Assembly: GCA_032249155.1 (NCBI GenBank)
Contig: JAVVGJ010000001.1
Coordinates: 10,883-74,882, forward strand
Origin: Minisyncoccota bacterium
GTDB taxonomy: Bacteria > Patescibacteriota > Minisyncoccia > UBA6257 > HR35
DNA: 64,000 nucleotides
Direction: 5' to 3'
Shown here: positions 1 through 9,156 of the stretch, in pieces
Layout of the letters: each line of letters starts with the position of its first letter
How positions within the stretch are numbered: the first letter of the stretch is position 1
Translations under genes and position numbers: made by a program
The notes under the pieces: model-generated
Database searches by the model: none
The model's input: the letters and a program-made list of their open reading frames with translations, nothing else
Told to the model about the DNA's origin: nothing

Positions 1-1053
1 TCGATGGGGATCTAAAAGTTCTGTATTAGCTCCCATAAGATTTAGTTCATTTAAATAAGAAAATCTATTTTCATACATCCAATCATGAATCAAAGTCACT
101 CCTTCGGCTTGAGTAGCTAAAACTCCAAAAGGTGGCTGAGCATCAGTAGGAAATTTAGGATGATAACCAACTTGAATTTTTGTTCCTTTAAGTTTTGAAG
201 GTTTAAGAACGATGGTTTTCTTTTTAATTTCAAAATTAACATTCATTTCTTTAGCTGTTAAGAAAACAGAATCCAAATCTTCTAAAGGAGCGTTTTCTAT
301 AATGATGTTACTTCTTGTAGCTGAAGCTAAAGCTAAAAAAGTAGCTGCTTCGATGTAATCGTAAGGAACTTCAAAAGCTATTTCTTTTTTTATATTTTTA
401 TTTCGAGAAATAGTCACAAAATGAGTTCCCAAACCTTTTACTTTATATCCTAATTTTTGAATAAATTTTTCTAAAGAAACAACATGAGGTTCTAAAGCTA
501 AGAGTTTAAGCTTTACAGGTTTTGGTGAAAAAACGCTTGCCATTAAAACAACTTCGCTAGCAGTAACACTTATTTCTTTTAAGACAACTTCAAAAGATTT
601 AAATTTTTTAAATTCACCTTCAATAATTCCGTTTTTAACTTCGATTTCTGCTCCTAAGGCTCTTAAGGCTTCAAGATGAGTAGTTATTGGTCTTGCTCCG
701 ATAATATCTCCACCAGGAAGAGACATTTTTATTTTTCCAAAACGAAATAAAATAGGAGCTAAAAGCAAAATAGAAGCTCTTAATTTAGAAATAAGTGGCG
801 TTAAAAGATCTCGGTAATCCAAATTTTTAGTGTTTATAATTACCATCGAGTCATCTCTTTCAATTTCTGCTCCTAAAATTTTTAAAATTTCAAGCATAAC
901 TTCAACATCGCTTATTTGAGGAACATTTTTTAAAATAACTCTTCCTGAAATCAAAAGAGAAGCTGAAATTAATGGAAGAGCTGCATTTTTAGAACCGCTA
1001 ATTTTGATTTTACCTTCAAGTTTTTTACCTCCTCTTATTAAAAACTTAGCCAT
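1..1053 (-). CDS. murA: UDP-N-acetylglucosamine 1-carboxyvinyltransferase MurA (3' end cut by window edge)
   Basis: Not in ORF track because it runs off the window. My translation from ATG 1053..1051 reads MAKFLIRGGKKLEGKIKISGSKNAALPLISASLL...KMSLPGGDIIGARPITTHLEAL. This matches the MurA N-terminus and active-site loop. It lies directly upstream of mraY. Confidence 0.85.
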   Translation of the reverse strand, partial: MAKFLIRGGKKLEGKIKISGSKNAALPLISASLLISGRVILKNVPQISDVEVMLEILKILGAEIERDDSMVIINTKNLDYRDLLTPLISKLRASILLLAPILFRFGKIKMSLPGGDIIGARPITTHLEALRALGAEIEVKNGIIEGEFKKFKSFEVVLKEISVTASEVVLMASVFSPKPVKLKLLALEPHVVSLEKFIQKLGYKVKGLGTHFVTISRNKNIKKEIAFEVPYDYIEAATFLALASATRSNIIIENAPLEDLDSVFLTAKEMNVNFEIKKKTIVLKPSKLKGTKIQVGYHPKFPTDAQPPFGVLATQAEGVTLIHDWMYENRFSYLNELNLMGANTELLDPHR

Positions 1054-1054
1054 T

Positions 1055-2110
1055 TTACTTTACAGATTTTAAAAAAAGATAAATTAAAAGACCTATTAAA
1101 ACACCGACAGAATTTAAAATCCAAAACCTAACTACAATTTTTGGTTCTTTTATACCTAAAGCTTTAAAGTGATTATGGACTGGAGAAGAAAGAAAAATTT
1201 TTCTTTTAAAAACCTTTTTAGAAAAAACCTGCAAAATTACTGAACCTGATTCAGCTACCAAATTTATTCCTATAAAAGGCCAAAGAAGATAAGTGCCTGT
1301 AAGAAAAGAAATAATAGCTAAAGATGAGCCTACAGAAAAAGAACCGTTATTTCCATCAAAAAAAAGCGCTGGATAACTATTAAACCAAAGATAAAGAGTT
1401 AAAGAACCTAAAAGCGCAGCTAGATATGAAGCTAAATTATATTTTTCTTCTAAAAAGGAAACGAAAAGAAAGAATAAAATAATAGAAATAGCTGTACCAG
1501 CAAAAAGTCCATCTAAACCATCTATTTCATTAAAAGAAAGAGTCACGGCTAAGAAAATGAAAACAAAAATAAGAAAAAACAAAAAATATTCAATGTAAAA
1601 TCTAAAATTTACAAGTTCGATAAATTTATAGTTAAGTTTGACCAAAAACCACCAAGCAAAAAAAATTCCTAAAGCAAAATAAATTAAAAGTTTTTCTTTA
1701 ATGCCTAATTTGATTTTAAATTTTAGTCTTCCTAAAATATCATCTAAAAGTCCTAAAACGCCTCCTAAAAACAAAGCAAAAATAGGAAGATAGGTTTCTC
1801 TCCTTTCTAAAAAATTAAGATATTCAAAAAAACCTCCAAATTTTATTTTTAAAAGATAAAAAAGTAAAGCTAAGATAATAGGAGGCAGCCAAATAATTAT
1901 TCCAGCCATTGTTGGTACATTTTCTTTTTCCTTTAAAAGTGAAGAAGCTATGGGTGCTTTTTTTGCTCTTTCTTCGTCTGCAAATTTATCACCCAATCTA
2001 AATTTAAAAGCTAATTTAAGATAAAGAGGAACTAAAAGCAAAGAAAGAATAAAGCTTAAAAGAGAATGAGTAATGATTTTAATGATTTGAAAATAAATTT
2101 CATAACTCAT
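1055..2110 (-). CDS. mraY: phospho-N-acetylmuramoyl-pentapeptide transferase MraY
   Basis: Polytopic membrane protein, 351 aa. Contains MraY motifs LLDDILG, NEIDGLDGL and SPVHNHF. Confidence 0.85.
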   Translation of the reverse strand: MSYEIYFQIIKIITHSLLSFILSLLLVPLYLKLAFKFRLGDKFADEERAKKAPIASSLLKEKENVPTMAGIIIWLPPIILALLFYLLKIKFGGFFEYLNFLERRETYLPIFALFLGGVLGLLDDILGRLKFKIKLGIKEKLLIYFALGIFFAWWFLVKLNYKFIELVNFRFYIEYFLFFLIFVFIFLAVTLSFNEIDGLDGLFAGTAISIILFFLFVSFLEEKYNLASYLAALLGSLTLYLWFNSYPALFFDGNNGSFSVGSSLAIISFLTGTYLLWPFIGINLVAESGSVILQVFSKKVFKRKIFLSSPVHNHFKALGIKEPKIVVRFWILNSVGVLIGLLIYLFLKSVK

Positions 2111-2954
2111 AACGGTAATATTTGGCTAATGATTTAATAAGAATTTCTGCATCTTTAAAGCGATCTTGAGATTTAAAAATAACTAATGAAAGAAAAGGAG
2201 ATTCAGGAAATTTAATGATAAGAGCAAGATTTTCACCAAATTCAGGAAGATAACCGGTTTTACCTCCTACAATTATTTTAGAATATTTTCTTAAAAGAAT
2301 GTTTGTTGTCCAAAGCCTTCTTCCGTTAATATCAACATACTCTTTTCTACTTATTTCAAAAATTTCTGGTCTTTTTAGATAAAGCTTTAAAAGAATTTGA
2401 GAAAATTCGTAAGGCGTTGATGAGTTTTCTAAAGAAATACCTGTAGGTTCATAAATTTTAGTATTTTTAAATCCCCAATTATTTAAAGTTTCATTAATTT
2501 TTCTTACAAAATTTTGAACTCCATAGTATTCAGCTAAAAGATAAATAGAATCATTACTTGAAGCTATAAGAGAGGCGGAAAGAAGTTCATTTAAAGTTAA
2601 TTTTTCCCCTTTTTTAAAATTACCAACTTCTCCTGGCAATTCTAAAGCAGAAGAAGTAAAAGAAAAAATTTGATTTTTTTTATAAATTTCTAAAGAAGTG
2701 TAGGCACTTAAAAGTTTTGTTAAGGAAGCTAAAGAAAAATTTTGATTTATATTTTTTCCGTAGATAATTTTTCCTGAATCATCTAAAACAATTACTCCTT
2801 CAGCAGAAATTTCATCTTCTAAAGAAAAAATTTTTTCATCAGCTTTTTTAAACTCTCTAACTTCAAAAAGAGGCAAAACGTTTTTTTCTGGAATTTTATT
2901 TGCCGAAAATAAAATAGGGCTTAAAAAAAGAAGCCAGATTATAAGCATTCTCAA
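2100..2954 (-). CDS. D-alanyl-D-alanine carboxypeptidase (S11, PBP5/6-like)
   Basis: Signal peptide followed by SxxK (SLTK), SxN (SSN) and KTG (GGKTGY) motifs. Stop codon is TGA, overlapping the mraY start. Confidence 0.75.
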   Translation of the reverse strand: MRMLIIWLLFLSPILFSANKIPEKNVLPLFEVREFKKADEKIFSLEDEISAEGVIVLDDSGKIIYGKNINQNFSLASLTKLLSAYTSLEIYKKNQIFSFTSSALELPGEVGNFKKGEKLTLNELLSASLIASSNDSIYLLAEYYGVQNFVRKINETLNNWGFKNTKIYEPTGISLENSSTPYEFSQILLKLYLKRPEIFEISRKEYVDINGRRLWTTNILLRKYSKIIVGGKTGYLPEFGENLALIIKFPESPFLSLVIFKSQDRFKDAEILIKSLAKYYRYEL

Positions 2955-2984
2955 TTAAATTTTAACCACTTAAATCTTAAAAAT

Positions 2985-3254
2985 TTAGCTTCTTGGAGTG
3001 TTAACTTTAATAGATAAAGCAGCTCCTACTGAGGCACCAATGACTTTTCCAATCCTTCTGACTGCATTTATTGTTGCGCCCTTTCTTCCTATAATCATAG
3101 CTAAAACTTCTCTAGGACCTGTAATTTCCATAAGAACTCCTCTTTCATCAACTTTAAAATTAAAAACAAGCTGATTTACTTTTGAAGGATCGACCCAAAG
3201 AGAAAAAAGAGAGCGGAACTTTTCTTCTAAAAGCTTGAGTTTTTCTGATGACAT
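2985..3254 (-). CDS. KH-domain RNA-binding protein (YlqC/UPF0109-like)
   Basis: 89 aa with the GxxG KH signature IGRKGATINAVRRIG. Confidence 0.7.
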   Translation of the reverse strand: MSSEKLKLLEEKFRSLFSLWVDPSKVNQLVFNFKVDERGVLMEITGPREVLAMIIGRKGATINAVRRIGKVIGASVGAALSIKVNTPRS

Positions 3255-3309
3255 TTTTTTACCTGCTGAATTTCAGCAGTTTCTTCAAATTAATATATGA
3301 CCTTTAAGT

Positions 3310-3381
3310 AGCCGACGGCGGGATTCGAACCCGCGACCCCCGCATTACCAGAGCGGTGCTCTGCCCCTGAGCTACGTCGGC
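3310..3381 (-). tRNA. tRNA-Thr (anticodon GGU)
   Basis: Reverse complement GCCGACGTAGCTCAGGGGCAGAGCACCGCTCTGGTAATGCGGGGGTCGCGGGTTCGAATCCCGCCGTCGGCT folds as a cloverleaf. Anticodon loop is CTGGTAA and T-loop is TTCGAAT. No encoded CCA. Confidence 0.9.
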
Positions 3382-3390
3382 GATAAATTA

Positions 3391-3396
3391 ATTATA
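3391..3396 (-). promoter_or_regulatory. -10 box TATAAT, 9 nt upstream of the tRNA-Thr 5' end
   Basis: Minus strand reads TTTATAAT-taatttatc-GCCGACG. The box lies in the last codons of the 65-aa ORF. Confidence 0.4.
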
Positions 3397-3589
3397 AACT
3401 AAAGTTGTGTTCTTTTAAAACTTCTAAAATCATTTTCGTTTCTTCTTCTTTATTTTTCAAAATTTTTTGCCAAAGCTCTTTACATTTTTTACATTTGCCA
3501 GCATCTTTTAAATAAAACTTTTTAATTCTATATATGCTTCTTCGGTCTTGAACTAATTGGCTGAAAAGATTATAAAGATGATTTTCCAT
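3392..3589 (-). CDS. hypothetical small protein (65 aa)
   Basis: ORF only; Lys/Glu-rich with a CKKCK pair. No family recognised. Preceded by a -10-like box and an AGGTCGGAAT box. Confidence 0.4.
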   Translation of the reverse strand: MENHLYNLFSQLVQDRRSIYRIKKFYLKDAGKCKKCKELWQKILKNKEEETKMILEVLKEHNFSL

Positions 3590-3625
3590 TTTTTTATTTA
3601 AATTTAATTCCGACCTAATTTTATT

Positions 3626-5266
3626 TTAACTTTTTTCTAAAAATTTTTTTAAACTTTCTCTTTTTTCCTTTATCTTTTCTTCCTCTCCTCTTCTAGCAAA
3701 TTCGTATTCATTAAAATCTACAAATAAATACTTTGAAATTAAAGGATAAATTTTTTGAATGATTCTAGCTTTTTCTTGTTCAACTTTTCTATAATCAGGA
3801 TGACCTTGAGGAGTTGTTCTTAGCTCTACTTCCCAAAAGAATTCTCGAAGGTTTTGATATTGTAAGAATCTAATTTTATGCAAAAACAAGACTGAATATT
3901 GAGAAACAAAAATGTTAATTTTTTTTAATTTTTCATAAAGATTTTCAGAAAGTAAAATAATTTTTTCTGCTTCTTTTTTGAGACCTATTTCTTCATAAAA
4001 GCTTGGCACTTCAAAACCTTCTTCAATGCTAAAAATTTTATTTATAAGAGTTTGCATTCTATGTCTTTGAAGATCTCTCCAAGCTCCTATATTTATTTTT
4101 ATCTCAAATTTTAGATAAACAAGCTCTAAAGCTCTAGGCATTTTTTGCCAACGATATTTTCTTTCTTTTAAAATCTTCTCTAAGATCTCCTCTTTTTCTT
4201 TAAGAGAAAGTTCACTTACTTTATTTAAAACAAAATCAAATGGTTCTTTAACTAAAGGGTAAAGAAGACCGGCAATTATTTTATTTTCGCCATCTTCATC
4301 ATAAGCTAAAAGTCTTACATTTTCATTTAAATCTATTTTTTCCTCTTTCCAATTAATTTTTTCTAAAACTTCGATTAATCTTAAATTTCTCTCGCCTAAA
4401 TACTTTTGATAATTTATTGATTCTTCTTTCTCTATTCTTCTTAAAAAGGCAGGTATAACTTTACTTAGCTCCTCATAAGCTCTTTTGCCAGCCCATCTTA
4501 TTTCTTCTAAGGGGTTTGCTAAAGATCTATTAATTAAATATTCAAAAGCTTGACCATTACCAAAAAAAGAAACTTGACCTAAAGTAGCAAGAGGAAGAAT
4601 TCTTCGGCATTCATCAAAAGTTTTCGCTTTTAAAACTCTTTCTTTTTCTTCAGGGTATTTTTCTTTAAGATAATTAAAATATTTTTCTGTTGAAGAAATA
4701 TAAAATTCAAAAATAGTATCCATCACTTTTTCATAATCATCTTTCAAGCCAGCTTTTTCTACTTCTGGAGGTAAAAAGTAAAGATAATGATTATTTACTT
4801 TTTCACCAAAATCTACATATCTTGTTGATTTCTCTATAGGGGCTATGCCGATTCTTTGATTTTCGAAATGTTTAATGGCTACTTGTGAAAGAGAAGAAAA
4901 AATAAGATGAGTACCAGCCATTTGCGCTATAGAATCGTCTCCATATTCAGCTAACCATTTTATGTAAAAATCTCTTGCTTTAGGATTGGCAAATAAAATT
5001 TCATAGTTATATTGATGAAGAAAATCAATAAAATTTTTCCAAGCTTTTCCGTATTCAGACTCTAAAAATGGTTTAACAAATTCGTTTAAAAACAGAGCTC
5101 TTAAATCATCTTTGCTTCTTGAAGCTCGTGAAGATAAAGCACCAATAACTTCAGGAGGAAGTAAAACAACTGCATAAACTGATTTATCTAAATTAGTAAA
5201 AAATGGCTCAAGATAGTATTTCTCTTCTTCAGTAAATTCAGGTTTTTTAAAAAGAATTTCTTCCAT
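3626..5266 (-). CDS. thyX: flavin-dependent thymidylate synthase ThyX-like, long two-lobed form
   Basis: 546 aa. The C-terminal half carries the ThyX RHR motif (WRDLQRHRMQT). The N-terminal half carries an S-x-RY-like element (IEKSTRYVDF). Assignment is tentative. Confidence 0.55.
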   Translation of the reverse strand: MEEILFKKPEFTEEEKYYLEPFFTNLDKSVYAVVLLPPEVIGALSSRASRSKDDLRALFLNEFVKPFLESEYGKAWKNFIDFLHQYNYEILFANPKARDFYIKWLAEYGDDSIAQMAGTHLIFSSLSQVAIKHFENQRIGIAPIEKSTRYVDFGEKVNNHYLYFLPPEVEKAGLKDDYEKVMDTIFEFYISSTEKYFNYLKEKYPEEKERVLKAKTFDECRRILPLATLGQVSFFGNGQAFEYLINRSLANPLEEIRWAGKRAYEELSKVIPAFLRRIEKEESINYQKYLGERNLRLIEVLEKINWKEEKIDLNENVRLLAYDEDGENKIIAGLLYPLVKEPFDFVLNKVSELSLKEKEEILEKILKERKYRWQKMPRALELVYLKFEIKINIGAWRDLQRHRMQTLINKIFSIEEGFEVPSFYEEIGLKKEAEKIILLSENLYEKLKKINIFVSQYSVLFLHKIRFLQYQNLREFFWEVELRTTPQGHPDYRKVEQEKARIIQKIYPLISKYLFVDFNEYEFARRGEEEKIKEKRESLKKFLEKS

Positions 5267-7034
5267 TTTCTAAAAACCTTTCATAATAAATATACATTAT
5301 TTTTTTAAACAAAGGAAGAGAAGCTACCGAACCGTAAGGTACTTCCTCTATAAGTAAAGTAGCGCAAAGTTTGGGTTTTTCATAGGGCCCAAACCCAGAA
5401 AAAATAGCGTTAAGTTTTTGTTTTCCTAAAATTTGTGGAGAACCACTTTTGCCAGCTAAAAAAAAAGGAAGATCATTTAAAATTTTGGCTGTACCTTGAG
5501 TCACTGTCATTCTCATACCTTTTCTCACTACTTCTAAACTTTCTTGCGAAATTATGTTTTCTTTTAAAATTATCGGAGTTTTTTCTTCAATTTTGTTTTT
5601 TTCTGAAGAAACAATTTTTTTAACTAAAAAAGGTTTATAGATTTTACCATAAGCAAAATAACAGTTCCAAAGATTTATCTGAAGAGGGGTTGCTAAAAGA
5701 TCGCCTTGGCCTATAGAAACGTTATAAGTATCACCAAGCTTCCAAGAAGAAAGGTCTTTATTTTTTTCAAGAGGGAGCATGCCTCTTTTTTCTCCGGGAA
5801 AATCAATACCTGTTTTTTCCCCTAAACCAAATTTTTTAAAGTAAAAATTAATTTTTTCGATACCCAAACCTTTTCTTAAAGGAATCTCATCAGAAGGATA
5901 AGGATAACCTCCTCCCACAGCATAAAAATAAATATTAACAGAATCAGAAATAGCTTTATAAATATCTGTCCAACCATGAACCTTATTGTCTTTAAAAACA
6001 GAATAAACACCTGGAAAATATGGGTGAGGAATTTTAAGTTCTCCTGAAGAATAAATTTTTGTTTGTGGTGTAACTATTTTTTCCTCAAGAGCAGCTGAAG
6101 CTATAATCGTTTTAATAGTTGAACCAGGCGAGTAAAGACCTGAGACAACTCTGTTGAAAAATGGTTTTCTAGGATTATTTAAAATTTTTTTAAATTCTTC
6201 TTTTCTTTCTAAAAGAGTATTGGGGTCAAAAGAAGGATAGGAGATAAGAGCTAAAATTTCACCATTTTGAGGATCAGTTAAAACAAAAGCACCACTTTTA
6301 TATCCAGTTTCTTCAAAGTAACTTTTAAATTCTTCATAAACCTTTTCTTGAAAGTCTTTATCTATAGTAAGATAAATATCTTGTCCGGGGATCGGTTCTT
6401 CTTCGTAAATTTTTACTAAACCATTTTTTGTTTTTTTAAAAACTATTTTTCCTAATTTGCCTTTTAAAATTTCATTATAATAAGCTTCGATGCCTTCTTT
6501 TCCTTCAAATTCTAAACTGTTTTTTTCTGAAAGAGCTACATAACCTAAAACATTTCCCCAAGCTTCTTTCCCGTAGTAAACCCTTTTATAACTCGGAATT
6601 ACAAAAATATGAGGATAATCTTCTTTCCTTGTTAAAATTTTGTTTACTTTATCTAAATCTAAAAATCTAATAATAAGTTCGTCGCCCCAATAAAAATAAA
6701 GAGGCTTTTCCTTTTTTATAATTTCTTCTAAAACTTCTTTTTCATAATCTTCTAAATTTTTAATATGAGCGTAAATATCATAAGTTTTTTTTGAATCAGC
6801 TAAAATTTTTCCATTTCGATCATAAATCCGCCCCCTTGGAGGAAAATAAAAAAAAGTTAAATAATTTGATGATTCCAGGGCTTCCTTAGCGCGATTTTTA
6901 TAAAAAAATTGAAAATTTAAAAAGTTAAAAAAAGTTAAAAGAAAAATGAAAAAAAAGAAAATAATCAAATAAGTAAAATTAAATCTTATGGGAGAAAATA
7001 TCTTTTTACCTGAAGGGAGGAAAAGGTCGTCCAT
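5247..7034 (-). CDS. mrdA: penicillin-binding protein 2 (elongasome transpeptidase)
   Basis: N-terminal TM, then SxxK (GSTIKT), SxN (SDSVN) and KSG (GKSGSP). Immediately follows mreB-mreC-mreD. Confidence 0.8.
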   Translation of the reverse strand: MDDLFLPSGKKIFSPIRFNFTYLIIFFFFIFLLTFFNFLNFQFFYKNRAKEALESSNYLTFFYFPPRGRIYDRNGKILADSKKTYDIYAHIKNLEDYEKEVLEEIIKKEKPLYFYWGDELIIRFLDLDKVNKILTRKEDYPHIFVIPSYKRVYYGKEAWGNVLGYVALSEKNSLEFEGKEGIEAYYNEILKGKLGKIVFKKTKNGLVKIYEEEPIPGQDIYLTIDKDFQEKVYEEFKSYFEETGYKSGAFVLTDPQNGEILALISYPSFDPNTLLERKEEFKKILNNPRKPFFNRVVSGLYSPGSTIKTIIASAALEEKIVTPQTKIYSSGELKIPHPYFPGVYSVFKDNKVHGWTDIYKAISDSVNIYFYAVGGGYPYPSDEIPLRKGLGIEKINFYFKKFGLGEKTGIDFPGEKRGMLPLEKNKDLSSWKLGDTYNVSIGQGDLLATPLQINLWNCYFAYGKIYKPFLVKKIVSSEKNKIEEKTPIILKENIISQESLEVVRKGMRMTVTQGTAKILNDLPFFLAGKSGSPQILGKQKLNAIFSGFGPYEKPKLCATLLIEEVPYGSVASLPLFKKIMYIYYERFLENGRNSF

Positions 7035-7035
7035 T

Positions 7036-7437
7036 TTAAATAATCTTGAAAATTAACTTCCAAAAAGCAAAAAAGATAAAAAAGGGTATAAGGTTATATA
7101 TAAAAATTTTAAATGAAAAAAGAAGTGGTAGGTTTAAGGACAAAATTAAAAAGATATTGGAAAAAATAAAGTAAAAAAAGAGGAAAAAATTATTTTCTAA
7201 AGGAAATATTTTAGAAAGAATTTTAATAATCAAGAAAAGAAAAGCATAAATTAAAAGAAAAAAACCTAAATTTTTAACATAAAAAAGATCGTAAAAAAAC
7301 GAAGAGAAAAAAAGAAAAAGAGAAAAGTTTTTTTCTTGTGAGGTTATAAAAAAATACCAAAGAAAAAAACTTGCCCAAAATATTTGTGGCAGAAAAAAAC
7401 TTAAAATGGGAAGCAAAATTATAGAAAGATAAATCAT
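7036..7437 (-). CDS. mreD: rod shape-determining protein MreD-like membrane protein
   Basis: 133-aa, very hydrophobic polytopic protein in the canonical position between mreC and pbp2. The call rests mainly on synteny. Confidence 0.55.
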   Translation of the reverse strand: MIYLSIILLPILSFFLPQIFWASFFLWYFFITSQEKNFSLFLFFSSFFYDLFYVKNLGFFLLIYAFLFLIIKILSKIFPLENNFFLFFYFIFSNIFLILSLNLPLLFSFKIFIYNLIPFFIFFAFWKLIFKII

Positions 7438-8138
7438 TTAAAAAGATAAAAATCTTTACCTTCAAAAACTCCTTCTAATTTAACTATTAATTTCTCTTGC
7501 CTGCCTGTTTTTTTAACTTCATAAAGACTGCCAACTAAAAAGTTGGGAGGAAAAATGTTGTCTTTACCGTAGGTAAAAATAGGAGAATCTTTTTTTATTT
7601 CTTTAGCTGAAGACAAAACTACCTCTAAAAAACCATCTCCAGTAGTTTTTCCTGTTCCTAAAAATTCTCCATTGATATCACTAACATTAAATTCAATTTC
7701 TGGATAAAGTAAAGATTTAACTATTATGAAACTTTTATTTTTTTTAAAAACAAAACCTATTAAAGTTAAATTAGAATCAACAACAATATCTCCTTCATTG
7801 GCTGAAGGATGATTTTCAAAATAAAAATAACCATAAGGATCTCTTTTGAGAAGTTCTAATTTTTTAAGATTTTTTAATTCACTAATTTTTTTATTTTCTT
7901 CATCAACAGATTTTAAATTAAGTTTAAGTTGAGAGAGTTCCTGCAAAAGGTTAAAGTATTTTTCTTGATAAACGTTTTCTTTTTTATTCAAAACAAAAAT
8001 ATTTTCTAAAATGCTCTCAAAAACTCTTTGAACTTTTAAAGAAAAAAGCTGAATTTTGTTTGTTTCTTCAGCAAAAACAAAAGTGCTTAAACCAAGAAAA
8101 ATTAAAGCGATGGTGATATAAATTAAAAATGCTCTCAT
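7434..8138 (-). CDS. mreC: rod shape-determining protein MreC
   Basis: Signal/TM segment, coiled-coil region, then beta-rich C-terminus (GDIVVDSN...GFVFK...). Position is directly after mreB. Confidence 0.7.
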   Translation of the reverse strand: MRAFLIYITIALIFLGLSTFVFAEETNKIQLFSLKVQRVFESILENIFVLNKKENVYQEKYFNLLQELSQLKLNLKSVDEENKKISELKNLKKLELLKRDPYGYFYFENHPSANEGDIVVDSNLTLIGFVFKKNKSFIIVKSLLYPEIEFNVSDINGEFLGTGKTTGDGFLEVVLSSAKEIKKDSPIFTYGKDNIFPPNFLVGSLYEVKKTGRQEKLIVKLEGVFEGKDFYLFK

Positions 8139-9154
8139 TAGAAAGTAAGTAAAATTTTTTGGTAACGACTAAAATCTTCTATTATTTTACCAATTCCTCT
8201 AATGACAGAAAACTTTGGCTCTTCAATTAAATTAACTTTAACTTTAACTTCTTTTTCTAAAAAAACATCTATTCCCTCGATCAATGATCCTCCTCCACCT
8301 AAAAAGAGACCTAAATTACTTATGTCTCCTAAAAGATCTGGTGGAGCAGAATTAATGATATCTTTAAGGTGATTGGCTATTTCCAAAAGAGATTCTAAAA
8401 GACTTTCACGAAGATCTTGAGAAGTAAAAATTACTTCTTTAGGAAGACCAGAATAAATATCTCTTCCCTTTACAACAAATGTTTGTGAAGTTTTATTAAT
8501 TATTGAGCTTATAGTCGTTTTGATATTTTCTGCTTGTCCCTCACCAATAATTACTTCATATTTTTCCTTAAGATAATTTATAATATTTTGATTAAATGTT
8601 TCCCCGCCAATTCTAATGCTTTTACCTATCACAATTCCACCCAAAGAGATCAAAGCAATATCTGTTGTTCCTCCGCCAATATCAACCACTAAAAACCCTT
8701 TTGCTTCTTCAATTTCTAAATTAGCTCCCAAAGCAAAGGCAATTGGTTCTTCAACTAAATAAACCTTTTTAGCACCAGCACCAATACCAACATCAATAAC
8801 TCCTCTTTTTTGAACTTCTGTAAGACCTAAGGGTACACCAATTAAAAATTTTGCGCCTAAAAGAGAAAAGTATTCTTTTCTAATTTCTTCTAGAAGGTAA
8901 TTCAAAAAATAAAGCGCTTCATCAAAATTAGTAACAACTCCATGGGTTAGTGGTTTAACAACTTCAATGTTTTCAGGATTTCTTCCTAACATTTTTCTTG
9001 CCTCTTCACCAATAGCTACAACTGAGTTTTGTCTTTTATTAAAAGCAATCACTGTAGGAACTTCTTTTAAAAATCCTTTATCTTTAAGATAAAGCTTTGT
9101 TGAATGAGTTCCTAAATCTACTCCTAAAAAAATTTCTTTAAGAAATTTAATCAT
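8138..9154 (-). CDS. mreB: MreB-family actin-like protein (paralog 1, next to mreCD-pbp2)
   Basis: Actin-fold phosphate motifs VDLGTHSTK, VDIGGGTTDIA and LGGGGSL. The track ORF starts at a TTG at 9181. The first ATG is 9154, 2 nt after the proS stop, and is preferred. Confidence 0.85.
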   Translation of the reverse strand: MIKFLKEIFLGVDLGTHSTKLYLKDKGFLKEVPTVIAFNKRQNSVVAIGEEARKMLGRNPENIEVVKPLTHGVVTNFDEALYFLNYLLEEIRKEYFSLLGAKFLIGVPLGLTEVQKRGVIDVGIGAGAKKVYLVEEPIAFALGANLEIEEAKGFLVVDIGGGTTDIALISLGGIVIGKSIRIGGETFNQNIINYLKEKYEVIIGEGQAENIKTTISSIINKTSQTFVVKGRDIYSGLPKEVIFTSQDLRESLLESLLEIANHLKDIINSAPPDLLGDISNLGLFLGGGGSLIEGIDVFLEKEVKVKVNLIEEPKFSVIRGIGKIIEDFSRYQKILLTF

Positions 9155-9156
9155 TT

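Noticed and set aside
3263-3279. 7-bp hairpin CTGCTGA-att-TCAGCAG between tRNA-Thr and the KH gene, considered as an intrinsic terminator.
   Set aside because: In the direction of transcription (minus) it is followed by GTAAAAAA-ATG, not a U-run. The T-run is on the plus strand, where no gene needs terminating. It may instead be a 5'-UTR structure 8 nt from the KH start codon, but I cannot support a function.
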